NCBI GenBank assembly: GCA_963781585.1
Contig: CAWAGQ010000011.1
Span: 192,001-256,000, forward strand
Source: an uncultured Gemmatimonadaceae bacterium
GTDB taxonomy: Bacteria; Gemmatimonadota; Gemmatimonadetes; Gemmatimonadales; Gemmatimonadaceae
Length of the DNA stretch: 64,000 bases
Direction: 5' to 3'
The first letter of the stretch is position 1; each line of letters starts with the position of its first letter. Positions 31,309 to 43,513 of the stretch are shown here, in pieces. The notes under the pieces are model-generated. The model had not been told where the DNA came from. It searched no databases and worked only from the letters and a program-made list of their open reading frames with translations. A program made the translations under genes and the position numbers.

Positions 31309-31649
31309 GCGGAGTTCTCCTCTGCGGTCGGGCGTTCGAGGTATCGGGCGAGCAAGTCGAGCTGGTGCTCCCAGAAGCGCCGGTAGTGGTCGATCCACTT
31401 GGCGGCGTCGCGCATCGGTTCGGCGATCAGAGTGGCGCGGCGCACGCGGCCGTCGCGGCGGATGGTGGTGAGGCCGGCACGCTGGAGGACGCGGATGTGC
31501 TTCGATACGGCGGGGAGCGACATGTCGAAGCGGGACGCCAGTTCGCCGATGGTGGCTTCGCCGTCGGTGAGCCGGGTGAGGATGGTGCGGCGGGTAGGGT
31601 CGGCGAGGGCGCCGAAGGTCGAGTCGAGCGCTTCTGAAAGGTAAACCAT
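31200..31649 (-). CDS. ArsR/SmtB-family regulator
   Basis: 'ALADPTRR.IL', 'SLPAVSKHIRVL', 'YRRFWE'; tail overlaps the SRPBCC start. Confidence 0.9.
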   Translation of the reverse strand: MVYLSEALDSTFGALADPTRRTILTRLTDGEATIGELASRFDMSLPAVSKHIRVLQRAGLTTIRRDGRVRRATLIAEPMRDAAKWIDHYRRFWEHQLDLLARYLERPTAEENSAWHRPRRHRPARRSKSAARSRRRASASSRHGRDRKK

Positions 31650-31684
31650 ACGGTTTAGTATAGGAGCCGGGAGGCCGCTGTCAA
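31642..31684 (-). promoter_or_regulatory. Leaderless sigma70 promoter and ArsR operator
   Basis: TTGACA(31684-31679)-N16-TATACT(31662-31657), ATG 7 nt later; TAAACC-N4-GGTTTA palindrome at 31642-31657. Confidence 0.75.
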
Positions 31685-32291
31685 GTCAGGCCAGCCCGGT
31701 ACAGCGTCTCCCTGAAGCATGACTTTCTATACATGTTTATAATTCGACTCTAGCCAGGGGGTGCGTTGCGCTATCTCCAAATCTCCCGCAGGCTATCCGA
31801 GAGGCGAGGGCCTCGAACGGAGCCCCTATATCTCACCATCAGTTCCCGCCCCCCCAAGTCGATGCGCGGGCCCGGGGATCGACACCGGTGGCCGCGCGAC
31901 AAAGACCGCTGTGAACCTCTCCCCCCCTCAAACCCCTGACAGACACGGGTTTCCCCCGCACGAAAAAGTCGGCGCTCTCCCCCACCCCCTAGGTATCAAC
32001 CGTCTACAAAGCGGGGGGAGAGGGGGCGCCACGGCCGAGCACAAAAGAAAGAGAGAGAGGGAGTGGCCTCGTCCGCTTGGCGCTGGCCCGCCCCGGTGTA
32101 TGCTGCGGCGCGGGTGCATGATGCCGAGCTTTGGACGCAGGACGCCGACTTCGAGGGCAAGCCGCACGTGAAGTATCGCGCGAAGCGGGCGGCGCGGTGA
32201 AGAGTGGCCGCCTGGAGTTGCCTGCAGAGAGGCGTTTCGGGCAGATTGCGGGAGCCGGTCTTCGTGCGCGGTGCGAGGGCCGCTTTGTATT

Positions 32292-32364
32292 TGGGGCGTA
32301 GCTTAGCTGGCAGAGCGCCTGACTGTTAATCAGGAGGTCGGTGGTTCGAATCCACCCGCCCCAG
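32292..32364 (+). tRNA. tRNA-Asn (GTT), CCA not encoded
   Basis: Acceptor TGGGGCG/CGCCCCA, anticodon arm CCTGA-CTGTTAA-TCAGG, T-loop TTCGAAT. Confidence 0.96.
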
Positions 32365-32580
32365 TTCATGGGTAAAAGCGCATAGAGTATTACAGGATCT
32401 GCGCGCGCTCGATGTCCCGGAACATCGCACAGCTGAATGTCGCGTCGCAGTCGCCGGCGTTGTTGCACGAGTGTTGGGTCGGAGAGAGAGACGTTATTCT
32501 CACCGTCGCACTTGGTCGGCCGGGAACGTCTGATGCGTCACTGCGGTATTCGGTATTGCTCGGCTGAAGGGAGCTTCCCG

Positions 32581-33718
32581 ATGACACACGTCGCGAAGGC
32601 GGGATCACATGGACGACCGCCGACACTTAGGGGTGGTGTCCCCCGTGGTCTCATCGTCGCAACTCTCCTGGCCGCCGCACGGCTCCCCGCACAACAGATC
32701 ACTCCGGGTACAGTGGCGGGCATGGTTCGCGACCAGTCTGGCCGCCCGATCACGGCTGCGTTGGTCGTACTGGACCCGGGTGGGGCCCGTGTCATCGTGC
32801 GCACCGACTCGACTGGGAAGGTCGCCGTCGAGCATGTTCGGGAAGGCACGTACGAGCTGTCCACAATGGCGATCGCCTACCGCACGGACATCCGCAGCAT
32901 TCTGGTGCCGCCGGCTGGACTGGACGTTGACATCGAGCTGCGCATCAATTCGTCGATCCTCGACACGATGCACATTCTCGCGCGCCGCACGGGGGTGCAC
33001 GGCGTGGTGATTACAAAGGATCTCCATCCGCTGGCTGGGGCCAAAGTGCAGATGATCGGACCACGCGGTGTCACCTCGAAAACCGACCCTCAGGGTCGCT
33101 TTGACATGCCCGAGGTGTCGCACGGTGCGTACGTGGCGTACGTCACGCACGCGGGCCATGTCTCACGGCTGCTCTCGATCGTCGTCCCGAGAGATAGCGC
33201 GCTGGACTTGGCGATCGCGCTCGATGCCGGGACCAGTGGATCGGGAAAGCTCCTGGCCATGCCTCTGAGCGAGTTCGATCGGCGAACGCGGTGGATGGTG
33301 GGCGGCAACCGGCGCTCATACCCCGTCAGGAACTGGCCGCGCATCAAGGCCAGGTCCTCTGGGATGCTCTGCGATACTCGATGACTATCTGATCAAGAAC
33401 CTGCGGCTGGACGAGGGCGCGTGCATGTACCTGAATGGCATCTTTCAGCCCGGGATGACGGCGAAGGACTATTTCGTGGCGGACATCGAAGCGGTCGAAG
33501 TCTACGGCTCCGGGGCCGACTGGACGGGTACGGTGACGAGCCAGGGCGGCCATCGGCCCACGCGATTACCGCCTCACGCCGAGTGCGGTTCGAGCGTTGC
33601 CTCGCAGTCGTTGTCCACCGCGACACCGTTTGACCAGCGGGTCACGAATCCTGGCTTGCTGAAGAACGCCGTGCATACTGCCCGGGTGGAGGCAATCGTC
33701 ATTTGGTTGAAGCAGTAG
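32581..33718 (+). pseudogene. Carboxypeptidase-regulatory-like (two Ig-like domains) secreted protein with plug-like C-terminus; two frameshifts (about 33310 and 33387)
   Basis: 'GMVRDQSGRPI', 'TDSTG', 'TDPQGRF'; continuation 'ALIPRQEL...LIKNLRL...CMYLNG...IEAVEVY...IVIWLKQ' in shifted frames. Confidence 0.7.
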
Positions 33719-33779
33719 AGGATCGGATCGCTGGACTCGGTTGCGCTACGGAACAGCGGTCACTATTTGCTCCGCATTG

Positions 33780-34500
33780 GTGCGACGCCTTGGGACACTC
33801 GAATTCGCCTCAATAGGACGTCTCGCAACGGAGGCTGGTCTCGCTAACGATTCTCCAGGGTGACACGATCCTGATCTTCGATGGTCCAACGCGGCGCGTG
33901 TCTGTCTTGTCGCCGGTGTTGCAGTTCGTGAATTCCGAACCATTGGCAGCGAACGTGGAGCGTGCTACGCTCTTTCCGATGGCACGATTGGCGTGGTTGC
34001 GAAGATCGGCGCTGGGGATGCCATCGGGTTCCCGGTGCATCGCTTGGGTCGCGATGGAAAACGGCTGAACTCCTTTGGAGTGGATTCACCCTTTGTGATG
34101 CCGGGTCGGTATCCGGCGGGTCCGCAACTGGCAGCGGCTCGAAACGGCAATGACACACGGGTCAGCCGCCAAATCCCGGACGACCGTCACGAGCATGGTG
34201 AACTCGACCTGACGAGTCACTTTCACTCGGCGCTCTGAGTGTCGGGAAACATTGGTGGGGTTCGGTTGCTTCGTCGGCCACCCCTGTCGACCCTGTGTCG
34301 TGAGGCGACGGGCGCAGCCCGGTCGTCACCTTTGCGGTCGCGCGGGACGCTGCGGACGACGAATCTACCACGGCGAGCCTTCCACTGCTTGTCGCGCGGG
34401 CCACATTCGACAATACTGGTCATGGTCGCGGTCGAGGCGATACGGGTTTCCGTTCGCAGACTGGAAACTCGCGGCAGCGCGAGCGCCGACGTACGCTGCA
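33780..34500 (+). pseudogene. Decayed beta-propeller-like gene
   Basis: Fragments such as 'GDTILIFDGPTRRVSVLSP' and 'VHRLGRDGKRLNSFG' resemble 46102-47235; multiple stops and shifts. Confidence 0.45.
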
Positions 34501-34536
34501 CGGGCCGATCCGCGCGCGACGTAATTCACTGCAGAT

Positions 34537-36399
34537 ATGCGAAATAGTTACCAAACGGGTTGCGCTCTTGCGCTCGCAGCTGCCACGGTGTTGGCCAGTC
34601 CCCTCGCCGGCCAGAATCCGCTCACCCGCCCGGCGGATGCCATCGAGGCGCGGTTCTCCATGTCGCAGCCGGTGGTCAACTATGCACTGACCATCACCGC
34701 AAACGACACGACCGGCTTCGACGTGACAATCCGAGTGCGCAACGCACCGGATACCTTCCGACTGGCGATGCCGCGGCATCCGGAGTACGACGAGCGCTAC
34801 TGGCGGTACGTCGCGAATATTGGGGTCGACTCGCCTCGCGGCACGGCGAACGTGACACGCGCCGACAGCGCTCTCTGGCGCGTGACCGCCCCGGGCGGCG
34901 AAGCGGTGATTCACTACCGAATCGACGTGCCGCTGCCGCCGTCACAGTATCGCGGCGCGTGGCGACCGTTCCTCTCGTCCGAGGGCGCGCTGGTCGGCGG
35001 ACCGTACGGCGTCATGTACGTCGTCGGCGCGGAACTCGCGCCGTCGCACATCCGGATCGACGTGCCGGACGGCTGGACGATCGCGACCGGTCTCGAGCCG
35101 ACCTCCGATCCGAGCTTCTACTTCGCGCCGAGCGTCATGATCCTCAACGACTCACCGCTTCTGGTGGGCCCGCTGCGCAACTGGCGCTTCGACGTCGACG
35201 GCGTGCCGCATCGGCTCGCGTACCTGCCGATTGCGTCAGCAACGCCGTTCGACACCACCGGGTTCGTCGATCGCCTTCGTCGCATGGTATCGCAGGCCGT
35301 GGCGCTCTTCGGCCGCGCGCCCTACCGAGAATTCACGTTTCTGGTGCAGGACGGTGCATACGGCGCCCTCGAGCATCTCAATTCGGTCACGTTAGGCATA
35401 CCGAGCGCCGACCTGGCCCGGAACGTCGACGAGCCGTTGGAAGAGATCGCCCACGAGTACTTCCACGCGTGGAATATCATGCGGATCCGGCCGGCGGAAT
35501 ACCCGGCGGTGACGTGGGACGCGTTCCCGGCGGCCTCCGGGCTCTGGTGGAGCGAGGGGCTGACGATGTTCTACGCCGATCTGCTGCTCCGGCGGGCAGG
35601 AATCCCGGTCGCGCACGAAACGCGTACCGCACACCTCGAGTCGCTGATCGCGCGGTATCTCTCGGAGCCGGGAGATTCGCATCTCTCGCCCGAGCGCGTG
35701 AGTCGTGGCGCCTACGGCGCACCCGACGCCCTCGGCGACTATCAGGCCTCGACCCACCTGCAAGGCGAGTTGCTGGGCGCGATGCTCGATCTCATGGTGC
35801 GAAGTGCCACGCGCGGCACGCGGACCATCGACGACGTGATGCGTCTGATGATGCGCCGATACGGCGGCGCGGTGGGATTCCACAGTGGGGACATCGCTGG
35901 CGTGGTGGCGGCGGTCTGCGGGTGCGAGATGAAGACTTTCTTCGACACCTACGTGCGCGGCGCCGCGCCGATCGACTTCAACCGGTTCCTCGCCCTGGTC
36001 GGACTGCGGGTCGACATCACCAGGAGACCGGCGGTGGACGAGCGTGGGCAGCCGGTGCCGAACCGGCGGATCTATGTGTTCAATCCGGCGACGGACGCGT
36101 CGACGCGTCTGCTGCTGAGCGATCCGGAGAGCGAGTGGGGGAGAGCCGGATTGCACAGCGGCGACGTCATCATATCGATGAACGGGGCGAGTGTGCCGAG
36201 CTTCGCGGCGTTTCGCCAGATGGTGGCAGGCTGGCGCGTGGGCGACAGCGTGCGCGTCGTGGTGTCACGGCCCACCGGTCGATATTCGGCGACCGTGGTC
36301 ATCGGGCAGGCGCAGCAGGTCACCGCGCGGATCAGCGAGATCGACGGGGCGAGTGCGGCGGAGCGCAAGCTGAGGGTGGAGTGGGAGGCGGGGCGGTGA
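34537..36399 (+). CDS. M61-family (glycyl aminopeptidase-like) metallopeptidase with C-terminal PDZ
   Basis: 'GALEH', 'AHEYFHAWN..RIRP', 'WWSEG.T.FY', PDZ 'AGLHSGDVI'. Confidence 0.9.
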   Translation: MRNSYQTGCALALAAATVLASPLAGQNPLTRPADAIEARFSMSQPVVNYALTITANDTTGFDVTIRVRNAPDTFRLAMPRHPEYDERYWRYVANIGVDSPRGTANVTRADSALWRVTAPGGEAVIHYRIDVPLPPSQYRGAWRPFLSSEGALVGGPYGVMYVVGAELAPSHIRIDVPDGWTIATGLEPTSDPSFYFAPSVMILNDSPLLVGPLRNWRFDVDGVPHRLAYLPIASATPFDTTGFVDRLRRMVSQAVALFGRAPYREFTFLVQDGAYGALEHLNSVTLGIPSADLARNVDEPLEEIAHEYFHAWNIMRIRPAEYPAVTWDAFPAASGLWWSEGLTMFYADLLLRRAGIPVAHETRTAHLESLIARYLSEPGDSHLSPERVSRGAYGAPDALGDYQASTHLQGELLGAMLDLMVRSATRGTRTIDDVMRLMMRRYGGAVGFHSGDIAGVVAAVCGCEMKTFFDTYVRGAAPIDFNRFLALVGLRVDITRRPAVDERGQPVPNRRIYVFNPATDASTRLLLSDPESEWGRAGLHSGDVIISMNGASVPSFAAFRQMVAGWRVGDSVRVVVSRPTGRYSATVVIGQAQQVTARISEIDGASAAERKLRVEWEAGR

Positions 36400-36449
36400 C
36401 GCCGATGCCGCTCGGCCTACCTCTGCGTGCCAAGCGCCTGGCGGTCGGA

Positions 36450-37819
<1,370 letters not shown>

Positions 37820-37894
37820 ATACCTTACCGAAGATGGGGAACACTCCCTACGGCATTGCAGGATTCATGAGCATTCTTCAGCCAGGAGTCAACC

Positions 37895-38344
37895 ATGCGT
37901 TGTCGCGGCTACCCTGCCGAAACCAGAATTACAGCGGGACGCCAAGACAGAACCCTGCGACGTTTGCGCCTTTGCATCGGCATTGCACCGTTCTTTCTTC
38001 TGCTGAGCGCATGCCGTGGCTGGCTGTCACCGTGCGATCTGGTCGGACATGATTCGGTGCGCGTGACAGTATCGGATTCCGTGACGGGAGGTCGGCCAGC
38101 AGCCGAGCTTCTGCTAATCCTCTCGGACGGCGTAGTAGCTGATACCGTGAAGTACCCACCGGGAAGTGGGCCCGCGGTAAGCATCGGCGTCGGGTTGGAT
38201 CGGAAGGGAACATTTACGCTGACGGTGTGGGCGGACGGCTACCTCCCGTGGATAAGGCATAACGTCGTGGTTCCCTACGATCCCCGATGTGACCATGACC
38301 AAGCTAAAACGCAGACATTGCGGGTGCTGTTAGTACCTGAGTAG
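37895..38344 (+). CDS. Hypothetical lipoprotein with carboxypeptidase-regulatory-like fold
   Basis: Lipobox 'LLLSAC'; 'VTVSDSVTG', 'GTFTLTVWADGYLPW'. Confidence 0.55.
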   Translation: MRCRGYPAETRITAGRQDRTLRRLRLCIGIAPFFLLLSACRGWLSPCDLVGHDSVRVTVSDSVTGGRPAAELLLILSDGVVADTVKYPPGSGPAVSIGVGLDRKGTFTLTVWADGYLPWIRHNVVVPYDPRCDHDQAKTQTLRVLLVPE

Positions 38345-39043
38345 ACGTCTCGCGAAAGCGATGCAGAAGTGTTGGACGCCCGGCGGATCCTCGTGAGTTC
38401 GTCGAAGCGCCCCGAACCCACGGGGCGGGATCGGTGCCCGGCGCGTTGGCTCGGCTGGCCCCGGCCATCGAATCAGTGGGACTGCTGTTCGCCGCGCTGG
38501 CTCGCAGGGGACATCGTCGGGGATAATAGGAGTCCTGGCGACGATAGGCACTTACTCGTTGCCCTTTGAGGGGATAGCTCAAGATATAGGCCACGGAGAA
38601 GAACGATGCGTGGGGAATCACTTGCTTGCCGCCGTCGGTTCATGCGAACCCGCTGGAGCGTGCCAATACTGACCTTTGCTCTTCTGGGGTGCGTCGACCC
38701 GCCGGTGGAGCCCACACCTCATGGCGGCCCAGGCGATGTTATCTCACTCGACGTTGGTGTCCCGGCGTCCGTGCGTCCTGGAGAAGAGTCGTTCGCGGCT
38801 CTGGCAACAACCTCACCGAGCAGTGCTGGCTTCTACTTCGATCCCCAAGGTGTCTTGGTTGTCCGCGTCCGGGACCAGAATGATGACGAGTTGGCGGTCA
38901 CGGCCGCAAGAACCCTTGGACGCAATGGCCATGCGCCGTCACGCGACGGAAGGACGGAGGCGGTGTCAGCACGAGTTCAGCGCGCCCAATACACGTTTAG
39001 GCAGTTGGCTGAGTGGCGCGACTTGGCTCTTGCGAAGGTCTAG

Positions 39044-40388
39044 CAGGATGATGAAAAACGGCAGGGAAGTGACGATTTCTGTTGTGGCTGCGCGTGCGAT
39101 GCGGCCGTCGGCAGTTCAGGGAGCGTCCCTTTGCGCGATCGCGGCGGCGATTCCGCGCGCTGGTCGACGTTAGGGGCATACGCGGGCCCGGATCAGGGTG
39201 CGGATCCGCACCAGATTGTAGGTGGCATTGGTGAACGTGAAGATCCAGCCGACCTTCTCGCGACCGCGATGCCGGAGTTTGCGCAGCAAGCCCACGGTTT
39301 TGTCCCAGCCAAAGCCTTGCTCCACCAGTTTCCGTTTGCGCTGACTGATCTCGTAGCCCGAGTGGCGGGTCGTCCGCGCGTCAATGGCGCTGCGAAGCCG
39401 GCGGGGGTGAATGTTCTGACTGACATGGGGCGTCACCCCCGCGTCCCGCGCCCGGTGACGAACGATTCGGTATCGTAGCCCTTGTCGGCCCCGAGGGTCC
39501 GGTGCGGCCGGTGGCTTTCCAGCGTGGTCAGCATCTCGAGCCCGGCCTCCTCCTCCGCATGCCCGCCCGGCGCGCGCACATCGGTCGCCACCACCAAGCC
39601 GTGGCGATTATCGATGATCACACTCGCCAGGTAGCCGAGAATCGCGGCGGTGTTTCGGCTCTTCCGGGCCAGCCGCGCGTCGGGATCCGTCCTCGACCGA
39701 TGCGTCGCATTCGACCGCTTCTCCCCCGGAAATTCACCGTCGGATTCTTCGGCCGACTCGCGGCATCCGCCTCCGCCGGTGGGGTGGGCCCCTGGGGTCC
39801 GTCGCCCCCCTCGGTGATCGGGCGAAAGCTCTTCTGGCTCGCCCAAGCTTCGAGGAGCGTGCCATCCACCGTGAAGTGCTCGTGCGAGAGCAACTGCCGC
39901 ACCTCGGCCTGCCGCTGGACCGCCGCGAAGAACGCGTGCGCGATGTCCCCCTCCAGGAGCCGCTCCCGGTTCTTCGTGAACACGGTCGGCACCCACACGG
40001 GCTCGTCGGGATTCAGTCCCACGAACCAGCGATAGAGGAGATTGTAGTCGAGTTCCTCCATGAGGCGCCGTTCGCTCCGGAGCGTGTACAGCACCTGGAG
40101 GAGGAGCGCCCGCAGCAAGTGCTCCGGCGGAATCGACGGCCGCCCGATCTTGGCGTACAGCACGTCAAATTGGGGGGACAGCTCGCGCAGCACGGGTTCC
40201 ACGAGCTGGCGGATCACGCGCAAGGGGTGGTCGACCGGGATCCGGTCCTCGACCGAGCGATAGCTGAACAGAATCGTCTGCTGGGGGCTCTCGCCGCGCA
40301 TACCGGGGACTCTCCATTGGGGTCGCGCCACGTTAGGCATCGCTCTCCCGTTCTGCAACAGCAAGTTTTCCACCCTTTTTCAGACCTG
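39044..40388 (-). mobile_element. IS5-family element; frameshifted transposase 40301-39170; flanking CTAG repeats
   Basis: 'MRGESPQQTILFSY..EDRIPVDHPLR', 'VDGTL', 'GADKGYD', 'KLVEQGFGW'; ends CAGG..TGAAAAA inverted; CTAG at 39040-39043 and 40389-40392. Confidence 0.9.
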
Positions 40389-41184
40389 CTAGGTTCGGTG
40401 TCAGGTGTAGTCTCATTGGACCTAGACGAAGTGCGGAATCGTGTCGCTCTAGGCCTGTTACCATCGCAATTTACAGCAGCCCGGGACGCTGCGCATCGGA
40501 TCTTGGCCGCGCAGGGGGTGGACACGGCAGCGCTCGTGTATGACTCGACCGGCGCTCCCAAAATGGATTCCGCTCCACCAACACTGACCAGCGAGACAAC
40601 CGATCCCCTGGCTGGGGGATTGTGGATGATAACCTACGACGGTGATTCGTTCTATGGCAACTGTACGCTCGGATTTGTAGCGCGGCGGAACGATACGTTA
40701 GGCTTCGTTTCCGATTCTCACTGCACGACGAGCTTTTTTGGAATCGGGCAGAGCTTAGGCGATTGGGTGCATCAGCTGGCGACGCGTGTTGTCGCCCGGG
40801 AAGCCGTCGATCCCGACGGCTACATCTGCGGCATTCTCTTGTTTGAATGCAGAGCCAGTGATGCCGCCTTCTTCTCGCAGTATCAGACTCAGCCGATGAC
40901 GGTCGGGTTGATATTAAGAACGCAGGCACCTACCGCTGATGGGTGGTCAGCAGGGCAAGGTTCAATTGCGGTGAACAGCACCCACCCCTACTTCTTCGTC
41001 ACTCGGGAAGAGAACGAGGACGTCTACACCGGCCAGGAGGTTCACAAGATAGGCGCGTATGGCGGCTGGACTAGCGGGGAAATAACTGGCACGTGTGTCG
41101 ACTACACGCCGGCGTACCCCCAGGAGATTCGTTGCATGTACAAGGCCACCTATTGGTCCACGGGAGGTGACAGCGGGGGCCCGG

Positions 41185-42388
41185 GGTAAGCTTCCCCGTC
41201 AAGGAGACCATTCGTACTCAGACGCTGCGGGGGCAGTGGGCCTCGGGAGAAAGGTGAGCGGCGGCACCCGCCCGAGGCTGTCGTGGGGCCGCTGCGTGTT
41301 GTAGGTCGTGAGCCACTGCGCGGTGAGGTCGCGCACTTCCGCGATGGACGTGAAGACGTAGGCATCCAGCACTTCGGTGCGATAGGTCCGGTTGAAGCGT
41401 TCGATATACGCGTTCTGCTGCGGCTTCCCCGGCTGGATGTAGAGCAGCGCGATGCCGCGCTGGGCGCACCACCGGGTGATCGCGATTGAGGTCAGCTCCG
41501 GGCCGTTGTCGAGACGCAGGCCACTGGGCTGGCCGTGGACCGCGACGAGATCATCGAGCACCCCGATGACCCGAATGCTCGGGAGCGAGCGCGCCACCTC
41601 GATGGCGAGGCCTTCCCGATTCCCCTCATCCAGGATGTTGCACGTCCGAAAGCTGCGGCCGTCGTAGAGGGCATCCGTCATGAAGTCGAGCGCCCAGATG
41701 TGATTGAGCTGGGCTGGGGCCGCCAAGGGATGCGGCACCCGCTTCGGACGCCGACGCCGCGTGCGCCGCGGCAGATTGAGGCGGAGCGCGCAGTACACGC
41801 GGTGGACGCGCTTGTGATTCCAGGCGTGGCCGGTGTTCCGCAACCGATCAAAGCACTTCCAGAATCCCCAGCGGCTATTCACGGCGACCACCGCCTGCAA
41901 CGCGTCGATCACCGGCGCGTCGTGGAGCACGCGCTCTGTGGGCGGGCGGTAGTAGGCCGCCCGCGCCAGTCGGACCAGCCGGCAGGCACCCCGCACGGAG
42001 AGGCCGTGCGTGCCGGCGAGGATCTCGACTGCCTCCCGCTTCGCGGACGGCGTCACAACTTTCGGCTCAGGACGTCTTTGATCGCCGCATTCTCCAGCGC
42101 GAGCTCGGCGTACATGCGTTTGAGCTTCGCGTTCTCCTGCTCCAGTTCCTTGAGGCGAGCCAGATCCTTCACGCTGGCCCCACCGTACTTCGACTTCCAC
42201 AGAAAGTAGGTCGGTCGGCTGATGCCGTGCTTCCGCACAATCTCCGGCACCGGAACGCCGGCCTCGCCTTCCTTCAGAATCGCGACGATCTGCGACTCCG
42301 TGAATCGGGACTTCCGCATGGATGATGCCTCCTGTAGGCACCCCGGAAAGTCCAACTACGAACGGTCTGCGCGGAAGGGGAGCTTACC
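41185..42388 (-). mobile_element. IS3-family (IS407-group-like) element, orfA 42319-42053 and orfB ending 41199, CCGG target duplication
   Basis: 'MRKSRFTESQI'; DDE motifs 'WALDFM', 'DNGPE', 'YIERFN'; IRs GGTAAGCTTCCCC/GGGGAGCTTACC; CCGG at 41181-41184 and 42389-42392. Confidence 0.94.
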
Positions 42389-43104
42389 CCGGTATTCATG
42401 TATGACTACGGTGGGTGCGCAATCGACAGCGTCATGGAATGCGTCGAGCTGCTGGGGCTACACGAAGCGCACTACAACAACGAGTCGATGTTCAGCAAGC
42501 TATCCCGCATCAAATCAGACTTGGGCGGAACGTGGTCCATAGTTTTTACGCCCGGCCTCGACACTCCCAACGTTAGCGGCACGGACGTCAATGGACATCC
42601 ATCTCTCAGTTGGAGCGGTGTTTCGGGAGCGTCATCATACGAAATCAGTGTCGGGTCCGGAAATCGTTGGCACTATCTTACCACAACAACCGCTACGTCT
42701 GCGAACTTTCCTGACGTGGACGTGGCTGAAGTCGGTGGCGCTGGGCCGTGGGTCACATACCACGTTGTTGCGCGGGGAGTGAGCAACTACTCTCAGGCCA
42801 GCAGCACGATCTATTTCACGCTCGAATCCGGAGGATCTCCGCTGTCAGTAAGCATGGATGGTCCGAGTTCCATCGATCCCAATGCCCAATGTACATGGAC
42901 TTCGTATGCGAGCGGCGGAGTGGGCAGCTATTCGTATCAGTGGTACCTGAATAGCCAGCCGATTCAGGGAGAATCGGGCGAGTCTCTCTCCTATAGCGGA
43001 TCGAATGCGCCCTATACGATTTCGGTGCGCGTTATTGACGAAGCCTCACACACGCAGACGGCGGACTTGTATGTGGCGTCACAGGTCGATGCGTGGTGCA
43101 ACTA

Positions 43105-43410
43105 GAAGTGGCCCCGGTCTTTTGAACAGGTGAGATAGCTGGACCGGCTGGCTCCACGAGCGAGATTTCGCTCATCCTCAGGCGACCGCACAAATGGCCC
43201 GACGTCCTCGCCGCAATCATGCTCCGGCCTTCAAGGCCAAGGTCGCCCTCGCCGCGCCCTCGGCAAGGCCGGCCTGCTCAGCGCCAAGCGATGATCGACC
43301 GGACGCATGCCTTGCCGATCACGCGTCAGGCGGCGGCGCTGGGAATCAGTCGCGGGGCGGTCTACTACACCCCCAGTTCGAACTCGGTCTTCGAACTCGC
43401 CCTGATGCGG
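43105..43410 (+). mobile_element. Internally deleted IS3-family remnant
   Basis: GAAGTGGCCCC end-like sequence; orfA start 'RRNHAPAFKAKVALAA' joined to orfB-like 'MIDRTHALPITRQAAALGISRGAVYY'. Confidence 0.75.
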
Positions 43411-43513
43411 TTGGAGCATGTTCGCGGCACTCTGATCGCTGGATTCCACCCAGATAGCACGAATGAAGCCGAGCAGTGGCGGGGCGTATCGTTGATCCAA
43501 TTCCCGCCACGCC

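Larger units (their letters stand above)
38642..43105 (+). pseudogene. S1 (chymotrypsin-fold, alpha-lytic-like) serine protease lipoprotein with C-terminal beta-sandwich domains, interrupted by IS5 and IS3 elements
   Basis: Lipobox LLGC; 'CTLGF', 'SDSHC', 'SDAA', 'GDSGGP|VF' rejoined in frame across the IS3; pieces 38642-39043, 40389-41184 and 42393-43105. Confidence 0.85.

Noticed and set aside
32292..32364. tRNA-Asn as attachment site of an integrated island
   Set aside because: No tyrosine/serine integrase and no duplicated tRNA 3' end found in the window
39876..40388. N-terminal part of the 437-aa ORF 39876-41189
   Set aside because: Antisense to the IS5 transposase; only the part from 40389 is protease sequence
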